Of a stretch of DNA of 64,000 nt, positions 9,634 through 17,454 are shown in pieces; position 1 is the stretch's first letter; every line of letters begins with the position of its first letter. Made by a program: the position numbers and the translations under genes. The DNA is from Candidatus Opimibacter iunctus (lineage in GTDB: Bacteria > Bacteroidota > Bacteroidia > Chitinophagales > Saprospiraceae). The stretch spans positions 38,824-102,823 of the forward strand of contig JADJVH010000013.1 in the NCBI GenBank assembly GCA_016716665.1. Reading direction: 5' to 3'. Under the pieces are notes generated by a model. It saw only the letters and a program-made list of their open reading frames with translations. It ran no database searches and was not told the DNA's origin.

Positions 9634-10230
9634 TTATCGCCTGTGTTTTCCTCCGGTCCACTGATGGCCTGAAAGGAATTTCTCACCGGAGTCAATTGCC
9701 CCTGCCTCAATCGTAGTACCCATTGAATCATTCCAACGGTTGAGGTATCCAAATAAAGCGACCACTCCTGCTATTTCTACAATCTCTCCCTCATCCCAGT
9801 GTTGACGCAATGCTTCAGCGATCGAGTCATCTACAACATTTGGGACAGAAGATGCAGCTACAGCAAAGTCCAGTGCAGCTCTTTCAGCGGAGTTAAAGGC
9901 GGGGTGTGTCTTGTATTCCCAGATGTGCTTCAACTGATCTTCAGATGCCCCATATCGCTCAGCCGCCCTGATCCCATGCGCCTGGCAATACTGACATCCG
10001 GTCGTATAACTCGAGATATACGCGATCAGTCTTTTCAATGCGCTGGTCACCCGACCATGGTTTTCCATCACTGCCTGGTTCATCCGGATAAACGCCTGCG
10101 CGATATGCGGACGACGCTGCATCGTCTTCACACTGTTGGGACAAAACCCAAGCGTTTCATTATAAAACTTAACCAGTTCCGTGATAGAGGGATCGGTTTC
10201 TGGCAGGGGAGATACAAGAGGAGTTTTCAA
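9634..10230 (-). CDS. Carboxymuconolactone decarboxylase / AhpD-like peroxidase-related protein
   Basis: CQYCQAHG CxxC motif in a 198-aa all-helical protein. Apparent TTG start. Confidence 0.6.
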   Translation of the reverse strand: MKTPLVSPLPETDPSITELVKFYNETLGFCPNSVKTMQRRPHIAQAFIRMNQAVMENHGRVTSALKRLIAYISSYTTGCQYCQAHGIRAAERYGASEDQLKHIWEYKTHPAFNSAERAALDFAVAASSVPNVVDDSIAEALRQHWDEGEIVEIAGVVALFGYLNRWNDSMGTTIEAGAIDSGEKFLSGHQWTGGKHRR

Positions 10231-10231
10231 G

Positions 10232-10245
10232 GTTGTGAGTTGTGA
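10232..10245. repeat. Heptamer GTTGTGA x2
   Basis: gttgtga gttgtga. The same word is tandem at 59583-59610. Confidence 0.7.
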
Positions 10246-10255
10246 GTTTTATTTA

Positions 10256-10366
10256 CCCCTAAATCCCCTGAAAGGGGACCTTTTTCAATAGTATCATGAT
10301 AAAATGAAAGTAATAATTTTTATGTCCAATTGATTGGAGAAGGGTCCCCTTTAGGGGATTTAGGGG
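10256..10366. repeat. 111-bp element: 24-25-nt inverted arms (CCCCTAAATCCCCTGAAAGGGGACC / GGTCCCCTTTAGGGGATTTAGGGG) around a 62-nt AT-rich core; MITE-like or long hairpin
   Basis: The arms at 10256-10280 and 10343-10366 are reverse complements apart from 1 nt. A third solo arm lies at 32927-32950. Confidence 0.8.
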
Positions 10367-10399
10367 CCCATTTTTCACTTTTCTTTTTTCGTTTTTCAC

Positions 10400-11533
10400 T
10401 TAAAGAGTGCCTCGCAGTTCTTGTTCCCTTTCAATCGCCTCAAACAGTGCCTTGAAATTTCCCTTCCCAAATGACTTCGCCCCCTTGCGCTGGATGATTT
10501 CAAAAAACATAGTAGGCCGTGACTGGACAGGCTTGGTGAATAACTGTAAGAGATAACCTTCATCATCCCTGTCGATCAGGATACCCAGTTCTTTCAGCGG
10601 AGCCAGGTCTTCATCGATCGTACCGACACGGTCCAGGATGGTATCGTAGTAGGTAGAAGGTACTCTCAGGAATTCAACGCCTCTAGCCTTAAGCTTGGTG
10701 ACGGTATCGATGATATTGTCTGTTGCTACAGCCAGGTGCTGCACACCTTCATCTTCATAAAAATCGAGATACTCTTCGACCTGTGATTTCTTCTTGCCAG
10801 CAGCTGGTTCGTTGATCGGAAACTTGATGAAGCCATTGCCGCTGCTCATCACTTTACTCATCAGGGCCGTGTACTCTGTAGAGATATCTTTGTCATCAAA
10901 GGTGAGGATGTTCCTGAAGCCCATGACTTCTTCATAGAAGTTGACCCAATGATTCATCCGGCCAAGCGCTACGTTACCTACCATGTGGTCGACATATTTT
11001 AAGCCGACCGTGGTAGGATGGTAGTCCGTCTTCCATGCATTATAGCCTGGCAAAAACAAGCCGTGATAATCTTTACGTTCTACAAAGATGTGTACGACCT
11101 CGCCGTAGATATGGATGCCTGAGCGGACCACACGGCCATGCTCATCTTCTTCAACGGTAGGCTCCATGAATGATTTGGCGCCACGTGAAGTAGTTTGCTT
11201 CCATGCATCCGTAGCATCATCCACCCACAGGGCGATGACCTTGACACCGTCACCATGCTTGTCGATGTGGCGTCCGATCGCTGAATCGCTATGGAGCGGA
11301 GAGGTCAGGACCAATCGGATCTTGTCCTGGGCAACTACATAGGATTCTATATCCTTTTCTCCGGTTTCAAGTCCCTTGTAGGCAAAGTCCTGGAAGCCAA
11401 ATGCTGTTTTATAGTAATGAGCGGCTTGTTTTGAATTGCTGACATACAGCTCTACATAATCCGTTCCCTTGAGTGGAAGGAAATCTTCCGCGACGCTTAG
11501 GCCCGGAGCTTCTTTTTGTGTTAAGACTGACAT
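10400..11533 (-). CDS. hppD: 4-hydroxyphenylpyruvate dioxygenase
   Basis: 377 aa with two vicinal-oxygen-chelate halves and the C-terminal ...GNFKALFEAIEREQELRG typical of HPPD. It sits in a cluster with fahA and hmgA. Confidence 0.9.
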   Translation of the reverse strand: MSVLTQKEAPGLSVAEDFLPLKGTDYVELYVSNSKQAAHYYKTAFGFQDFAYKGLETGEKDIESYVVAQDKIRLVLTSPLHSDSAIGRHIDKHGDGVKVIALWVDDATDAWKQTTSRGAKSFMEPTVEEDEHGRVVRSGIHIYGEVVHIFVERKDYHGLFLPGYNAWKTDYHPTTVGLKYVDHMVGNVALGRMNHWVNFYEEVMGFRNILTFDDKDISTEYTALMSKVMSSGNGFIKFPINEPAAGKKKSQVEEYLDFYEDEGVQHLAVATDNIIDTVTKLKARGVEFLRVPSTYYDTILDRVGTIDEDLAPLKELGILIDRDDEGYLLQLFTKPVQSRPTMFFEIIQRKGAKSFGKGNFKALFEAIEREQELRGTL

Positions 11534-11578
11534 ATGGTGTGTTTAAGGGTGCAAATATACGGTAGAAAGGGCTGCGGA

Positions 11579-12817
11579 TTAAGCCTTGAGGGCACTTTCC
11601 ACCTGGTTATAGACCGATCCGAAGCCAACGCGATGATCACCATTGGCTGCCCAACCGGTCATGGTCACGGTGTCTCCGTCTTCGATAAAGGAACGCTGCC
11701 CGCCACCATTGAGTGTGACAGGGTTTTTACCGCCCAGGGTCATCTCCAGCATTGAACCCAGGGATCCCTGATCAGGGCCGCTGATCGTGCCGGACGCCAT
11801 GAGATCGCCAATGCGCACATTACATCCATTGCTTGTGTGGTGTGCTAACTGCTGGCACATGTTCCAGTACATGTATTTAAAGTTTGACCTGGAGATTGTA
11901 GTCGTCTCACCACCATCAGGTGTGATCTGTACTTCAAGATGAATGTCATAATTTTTTAAGCCCTGATAAGCAAGGTAGGGAAGCACTGCCGGCACTTGCT
12001 CAGGACCTTGTACGCGAAATGGCTCAAGGGCCTCCAGGGTGACGATCCATGGCGCTATCCCTGAAGCAAAGTTCTTGGCAAGGAATGGGCCGAGGGGTAC
12101 ATACTCCCAGGTCTGAATATCACGTGCAGACCAGTCATTGAAGAGCACCAGCCCGAATATATATTCCTCCGCATTGGAAGTAGAAATGGTTTCTCCCAAT
12201 TGCGTTTCTTTTCCGATGATAAATCCCATCTCCAGTTCAAAGTCCAGTCGCTTGGTCGGCCCGAATACCGGTTGGTTTGCATCATTAGGTTTCGTCTGTC
12301 CATTTGGACGCCTGACTGGTGTTCCGCTGATCACGATGGATGATGCACGTCCATGATATCCGATGGGCAGGTGGCGCCAGTTTGGCAGCAATGCATTGGC
12401 CGGATCGCGAAACATCTTACCCACATTAGTAGCATGCTCAATACTCGAATAGAAGTCCGTGTAATCACCGATAGCCACCGGCAGATGCATCTGTACTGCA
12501 CGGAAGGGCGCAAACACCTCCGGTAGATGGTGCAGCGGAGAATTCATGTTTGTCAATGTCTCCTGCAATCTCAACCTGACCTCTTTAGTGACCGGCTTAC
12601 CCAGCGCAATAAATGGATTCAATACGGACTGATTAAAAACATCCACATCATCCACCAGCCCTTTGAAAAATCCTGTCTGCGCAAGCTTATACAGATTGAT
12701 GACCTGATCCCCGATCCTGGTGCATACATAAGGTGCTCCACTATCCGATCCGATCCCAAAGGGAATATTATAAATACTAAAATCCGATTGGTCCGGAATC
12801 TCTATCCACGATTTCAT
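11579..12817 (-). CDS. fahA: Fumarylacetoacetase
   Basis: 412 aa. N-terminal FSIYNIPFG and DFELEMGFIIG motifs are typical of FAH. Confidence 0.9.
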   Translation of the reverse strand: MKSWIEIPDQSDFSIYNIPFGIGSDSGAPYVCTRIGDQVINLYKLAQTGFFKGLVDDVDVFNQSVLNPFIALGKPVTKEVRLRLQETLTNMNSPLHHLPEVFAPFRAVQMHLPVAIGDYTDFYSSIEHATNVGKMFRDPANALLPNWRHLPIGYHGRASSIVISGTPVRRPNGQTKPNDANQPVFGPTKRLDFELEMGFIIGKETQLGETISTSNAEEYIFGLVLFNDWSARDIQTWEYVPLGPFLAKNFASGIAPWIVTLEALEPFRVQGPEQVPAVLPYLAYQGLKNYDIHLEVQITPDGGETTTISRSNFKYMYWNMCQQLAHHTSNGCNVRIGDLMASGTISGPDQGSLGSMLEMTLGGKNPVTLNGGGQRSFIEDGDTVTMTGWAANGDHRVGFGSVYNQVESALKA

Positions 12818-12942
12818 GTCAACTAATTCAATTTATTAAACAACTTATTCCTAACTGCTCATGAGAGGCCACGGTTTGAAAGCCGTGGCAATTCAATTTC
12901 CTGACTTAGGAGCCAGGTCTTCCTCTCATGAAATATTTTTAT

Positions 12943-12977
12943 CCTTGCCCCTTGCTCCTTGCTCCTTGCTCCTTGCT
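12943..12977. repeat. Tandem heptamer array, 5 copies of CCTTGCT (CAAGGAG/AGCAAGG on the sense strand of the hmgA-fahA operon); overlaps the hmgA stop codon
   Basis: ccttgcc ccttgct ccttgct ccttgct ccttgct. The hmgA TAG is cta at 12976-12978. The same word occurs at 42715-42742. Confidence 0.95.
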
Positions 12978-14133
12978 ATTCAAGCCACGATTGAAAATAC
13001 TTCCCATCATCAATCGCCAACGCCTGTTCCGTCACCATCAGTGGGGCAAACGTATCAATCATCACCGCCAGTTCCTGAGTATACTTTTGCCCGATGCTTC
13101 TTTCATAAGCACCTGGTGCAGGACCGTGAGGAATACCGGCAGGATGTAGTGTGATATGGCCTTGTTCGATATTGTTGCGGCTCATAAAATCTCCATCGAC
13201 ATAGTAGAGCACTTCATCTGAATCGATATTGCTGTGGTTGTATGGCGCAGGGATGGCTTTAGGATGATAGTCATAGAGACGGGGGCAGAATGAACATACT
13301 ACAAATGCTTTCGTCTCAAATGTCTGGTGCACTGGAGGTGGTTGGTGCACGCGTCCGGTGATGGGTTCGAAATTGTGGATGGAAAAGGCGTAAGGAAAAT
13401 TGTATCCATCCCAGCCTACGATATCAAATGGGTGTGTGGCATATACCATTTCGTGGAGGTATCCTTGCTTCTTGATCTTGATCAGGAAGTCACCTTTCTC
13501 ATCAAAGGTTTCGAGATGGGAAGGCATCTTGTAATCTCTTTCACAAAAAGGAGAGTGCTCCAGCAATTGGCCAAACCAGTTGCGATACCGTTTTGGTGTA
13601 TAGATCGGATGAAAAGATTCTGCATACAGGAGTCTGTTTTCTTCGGTATCAAAATCAATCTGGTAGATCATGCCTCGCGGGATGACCAGGTAATCACCAT
13701 ATTCGAAAGGGATATTGCCAAGAAATGTCCGTAATGTCCCTGAGCCTCTGTGTACGAAGATCAATTCGTCCGCATCTGCATTTTTATAGAAGTAGGTGGT
13801 CAGTGATTTGGTTGGTGCAGCCAGTCCGACATGGATATCCTTATTGACCAACAATGGATACCTCGATTCGAGCCAATCATTGCCTGGCGGCACATTAAAG
13901 CCTTGAAGCAGCCGGGCTTTCATATTGTGCTCGACGGCGATCTTAGGCATTACATTTTTTGGTTCGGCTACGCTCCTGACCTGGGTGGGGCGATGCAGGT
14001 GGTAAAGGAGGGACGACATTCCGTCAAACCCCACAGTACCAAAGAGTTGCTCGTAATGAAGGCCACCACCGGGTTTCTCAAAAACCGTGTGCCTTTTCTG
14101 GGGAATGGTCCCGAGTTTATGGTAGATGGGCAT
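12976..14133 (-). CDS. hmgA: Homogentisate 1,2-dioxygenase
   Basis: 385 aa, starting MPIYHKLGTIPQKRHTVF... It is the short bacterial HGD form with a cupin core and sits adjacent to fahA and hppD. Confidence 0.85.
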   Translation of the reverse strand: MPIYHKLGTIPQKRHTVFEKPGGGLHYEQLFGTVGFDGMSSLLYHLHRPTQVRSVAEPKNVMPKIAVEHNMKARLLQGFNVPPGNDWLESRYPLLVNKDIHVGLAAPTKSLTTYFYKNADADELIFVHRGSGTLRTFLGNIPFEYGDYLVIPRGMIYQIDFDTEENRLLYAESFHPIYTPKRYRNWFGQLLEHSPFCERDYKMPSHLETFDEKGDFLIKIKKQGYLHEMVYATHPFDIVGWDGYNFPYAFSIHNFEPITGRVHQPPPVHQTFETKAFVVCSFCPRLYDYHPKAIPAPYNHSNIDSDEVLYYVDGDFMSRNNIEQGHITLHPAGIPHGPAPGAYERSIGQKYTQELAVMIDTFAPLMVTEQALAIDDGKYFQSWLE

Positions 14134-14210
14134 GATTCTTTTTTCTTCAAAAGTAAGGATTTAGGGGGAGAGGTGGGTAGGTGGCCATTTCAAGATGCGG
14201 TTATGGTGTA

Positions 14211-14244
14211 CGTATTTTTACGAAATATATTTCCACGAAATACG
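14211..14244. repeat. 34-bp quasi-palindromic element, copy 1 of 3
   Basis: cgtatttttacgaaatatatttccacgaaatacg. The core cgaaatatatttcg is palindromic. Confidence 0.85.
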
Positions 14245-14322
14245 AAGGGTGATTGAAATACCTCCTAAGTTGATTATCACTTAGTTATCATAATATCCTT
14301 TAGTCTCAGTATATTAGTGATC

Positions 14323-15623
14323 ATGAGATGCCACCTGCAAAAGATCTTTTTGCCTTTTCTGGCCATGTGTATTACAGGCATTACTTCAGCCCAATGGACG
14401 GATCATTTTGAAGATATCTGCAGCCTCCAGCAATGGAGTGATATCCAGGTCACTGAAGGATGGAATATACAGGCGCTTGAATTGCATGATATCAGCCTGA
14501 CCAATCCGGCTACTTTACATTAATGCCCTATACAGTCACATGGTATGCTGACTGGAGAGGCCCACTGTTCTATAGACCAGCAAATGGTGATTTTGTACTG
14601 ACTGGTAATCTCACGGTGACCAATAGAGCTGGAAACGATATCCCCGGTTCATCCTATAGCCTCGGAGGTTTTATGGTTCGCAATCCTAAGGCACTGACCA
14701 ATGGCCCGATAGGCTGGGTGCCGGGCCAGGAAGATTATGTCTTTCTCTCCATCGGTAGAGGCGCGACCAATCATCCTTCATGTCCCGGATGTCCTGCACC
14801 ACACTTTGAAGTCAAGACTACAGACAATAGTAATTCTGTTTTGAATCTATCTCCGATCAGCTCTACTACCGCTGATATCCGAATGGTTAGATTAGATCCT
14901 TTTGTATTGGTGCTGTACAGGTTTCCCGCACAATCTTGGGTCGTGCACCGGAGGTATTATCGTCCTGACCTGCAGGATACAGTGCAAGTGGGCCTGGTCA
15001 CCTATACGGATTGGGATAAAGCATCGACGTATGCCAATACCTTTCATAACAGTCATGTCCTCAACGAGGACCTCAATCCTGATCCTAGCAATAATCCCGG
15101 CCAGCCATTTGCACCTGATATCATATCACGGTATGATTTTCTGCAACTGCAGGCGACCATGATGCCGGTGGAGTGGGAAGGACTTGATTTGACTAACGCA
15201 GGACAGGTCAGTGATGCACAGATTCTGTCTCGCTATGGTTTATCTATCGTCACTCCTAATGCTTCTACATCGCATGTTTGGTTGGGAAGAGTCAATAACA
15301 ATTGGAATACTACATCTAACTGGTTGACAGGCACAGCCCCATTGATGGCAGATAGTGTGAGGATTAATTCTTGTGCATGTCCATCAGCATCATGTGCTCA
15401 GTTAGGCCCGGGGGTCACTTCGATCAGTGGACTTGAACTGTCAGAAGGGGCGGTGCTGACCATCCCGGCTGGTGCTACCTTGGAGGTCAATGGGCCATTT
15501 AACAATGAGGGATTAGTGATTGTATATGGGCAATTGCAGATCACGCCTGGTGTGTCAGATCAGGCGATCAACAGGGGGATGTTGGATTGCAGGACGGGAG
15601 GGAATATTCTAATAGTTGATTAG
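14323..15623 (+). pseudogene. Hypothetical secreted protein, split by a 1-nt frameshift at about 14505-14523
   Basis: MRCHLQKIFLPFLAMCITGITSAQ is a signal peptide. ORF 14317-14523 stops at ...SLTNPATLH*. The next frame is open from 14490 and reads ...GYFTLMPYTVTWYADWRG, continuous with ORF 14523-15623. The shift fits a CCGG vs CCGGG difference at 14506-14509. I recognise no family. Confidence 0.55.
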
Positions 15624-15672
15624 GAATAGGAAGTTAGGGTAGGGCCAGGTCTTATATTCCAGATTGAGTGTT

Positions 15673-15706
15673 CGTATTTTTACGAAATATATATCGCCGA
15701 AATACC
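15673..15706. repeat. 34-bp quasi-palindromic element, copy 2 of 3
   Basis: cgtatttttacgaaatatatatcgccgaaatacc. Confidence 0.85.
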
Positions 15707-15728
15707 GAAAGTAAGACCGTTTTCCGGA

Positions 15729-15762
15729 CGTATTTTTACGAAATATATTTCGCCGAAATACG
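15729..15762. repeat. 34-bp quasi-palindromic element, copy 3 of 3
   Basis: cgtatttttacgaaatatatttcgccgaaatacg. gtattt...aaatac and cgaaata/tatttcg can pair. Confidence 0.85.
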
Positions 15763-15781
15763 AGTGTCGTGGCACCTCCTA

Positions 15782-16498
15782 TCAATCTTTTTTAAACACC
15801 CCAAGCGTATGATGCAACGCCACCCTGATAATATCCCGGTTATAAAACACATCCCCTGCTGTAGTCTGCTGAAACCAATTGATATACATCAGTTCAAATC
15901 CTATGTTGTTGACTGGCGAATACATAGCTGATATACCATATCGGTTCTGGTCAAAGACATTGTAGGTGACTTTATTACTGACATTGATATGGATTTCATC
16001 AAAGGCAAGGAAGCTGAATTTTTCTGACAGTTCATACTCCAGCTCAAGCTTATACCGTATGCGCACAGTCCCGAAGGTATAGGTGTCATCCGCTTCCTGA
16101 AAATACCGGAGTTCCGTCCAGTACCGGTGATGTAAATGGAATTGGTCACTGAGCTTTTGCAAGTGGGCTACCTCAAAGGAAGGCCTCAATTCACCCCTGA
16201 TCGTATAGTCTGCGATCTCAGGATCCTGGGGCAACGAATGCCTGAAATAAGAAAATCCCAGGGCAACATCCCAGCCATTGCCCAGGTTACGCTGGAGATG
16301 TGTTCTGGTTAAAAACTGAGATTGACGGGCCGGGTTGACAAAATTGCGGAAATCAATTTCCTCCCTGATCTGCCAGCGGTCACCGATAGGTATTTTCAGG
16401 TAGTATTTGTACCAGATCTGTTGCTGGTCAATAACCTGCTTTTGGCCCCACAACAAGCCTGCTACAAGGATTAATGACAACGTAAGAAATGGCTTCAT
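15782..16498 (-). CDS. DUF2490-like outer-membrane beta-barrel protein
   Basis: ATG at 16498 gives MKPFLTLSLILVAGLLWGQ, a signal peptide. The rest is alternating beta-strand-like sequence that ends in an aromatic-rich region. Confidence 0.55.
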   Translation of the reverse strand: MKPFLTLSLILVAGLLWGQKQVIDQQQIWYKYYLKIPIGDRWQIREEIDFRNFVNPARQSQFLTRTHLQRNLGNGWDVALGFSYFRHSLPQDPEIADYTIRGELRPSFEVAHLQKLSDQFHLHHRYWTELRYFQEADDTYTFGTVRIRYKLELEYELSEKFSFLAFDEIHINVSNKVTYNVFDQNRYGISAMYSPVNNIGFELMYINWFQQTTAGDVFYNRDIIRVALHHTLGVFKKD

Positions 16499-16560
16499 AT
16501 AGATGATATATTTACCAATCATTATGTAAAGTTTAAAATTATTTACTAATTCTATAGAGT

Positions 16561-17166
16561 ATGTCAAAAATTAAAGAAGTTTCCCGCTGCCACTGGTGCG
16601 GTACTGACCCCCTCTATGTCAGTTATCATGACAATGTATGGGGTGTCCCCGAATATGACAGTAAGGCATTGTTCGCCAAACTTATCCTCGACGGGGCACA
16701 GGCCGGCCTGAGCTGGATCACGATCCTCCGACGCCAGGAAGGCTATATGGCTGTCTTCGACAATCTGGATCCTGACAAGGTAGCCCGCTATACAGATAAG
16801 AAACTCGAAAGGATACTCCTCGATGACCGCATCATCCGCAACCGCCTCAAGGTATACTCTGCACGCTCCAATGCACAAGCTTATCTTAATCTGCAGGATC
16901 AGGGCTTAGACTTCAGCCAACATCTCTGGTCATTTGTAGATGGCAAGCCCATCGTCAACAAGCTCAGAGGAATCAGCGATTTTCAAGCGACATCACCTAT
17001 CAGCGACGCTATGAGCAAAGACCTGAAAAAACGCGGTTTCAAATTCGTGGGCTCCACCATCATTTATGCCTTTATGCAAGCTGTCGGGATGTACAATGAC
17101 CATGTTGTCTCCTGCTTTCGTCACGATGAAGTAAAAAATGCAAAGGGCAGAGGGCATAGAGCATAG
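16561..17166 (+). CDS. tag: DNA-3-methyladenine glycosylase I
   Basis: CHWCGTDPLYVSYHDNVWGVP...LILDGAQAGLSWITIL is typical of Tag. The last 7-9 codons (..AKGRGHRA*) and the stop codon are encoded by the heptamer array 17140-17197. Confidence 0.9.
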   Translation: MSKIKEVSRCHWCGTDPLYVSYHDNVWGVPEYDSKALFAKLILDGAQAGLSWITILRRQEGYMAVFDNLDPDKVARYTDKKLERILLDDRIIRNRLKVYSARSNAQAYLNLQDQGLDFSQHLWSFVDGKPIVNKLRGISDFQATSPISDAMSKDLKKRGFKFVGSTIIYAFMQAVGMYNDHVVSCFRHDEVKNAKGRGHRA

Positions 17167-17197
17167 TGCGCATAGAGCAAAAGGCAGAGAGCATTAT
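17140..17197. repeat. Tandem heptamer array, about 8 copies, consensus GCAKAGR (reverse complement of the CYCTWTG family), with a 2-nt phase slip at 17168-17169
   Basis: gcaaagg gcagagg gcataga gcatagt (gc) gcataga gcaaaag gcagaga gcattat. Confidence 0.9.
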
Positions 17198-17292
17198 TTT
17201 TTGGTTCAAGAAAACCAAAGTTAGGCGTCAGTTGAACTTACGTCTACCTACGCTTGATCATAGAAATTAAACTCCAAGGTAAAAACATGTAA

Positions 17293-17332
17293 GCCGTCTG
17301 CGAGGGCGGGCACCCCAGCCGTTGCAGACGGC
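17293..17332. other. Hairpin: 9-bp GC-rich stem (gccgtctgc/gcagacggc) with a 22-nt loop
   Basis: Read directly from the sequence. It lies between the two oppositely oriented heptamer arrays. Confidence 0.7.
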
Positions 17333-17418
17333 CCTATGCCCTAAGGGGCTCTCTGCCCTTTGCCCTATGCACTCTGCACTCTGCCCTATGCACTATGCTC
17401 TTTGCACTATGCTCTATG
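17333..17418. repeat. Tandem heptamer array, about 12 copies, consensus CMCTWTG (ccctatg/cactctg/cactatg/ctctatg)
   Basis: From 17356: ccctttg ccctatg cactctg cactctg ccctatg cactatg ctctttg cactatg ctctatg. The same family occurs at 39168-39212. Confidence 0.9.
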
Positions 17419-17454
17419 CTTTTTTCCTACCTTCGCCCTTCGATTACACAAGTT

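Noticed and set aside
10256-10280. CCCTAA strings (cccctaaatcccctgaaa, aaatccctaaca) as telomere-like repeats
   Set aside because: They occur only as isolated hexamers inside larger motifs, never as a tandem CCCTAA array, and the context is an internal chromosomal region. The resemblance is coincidental.
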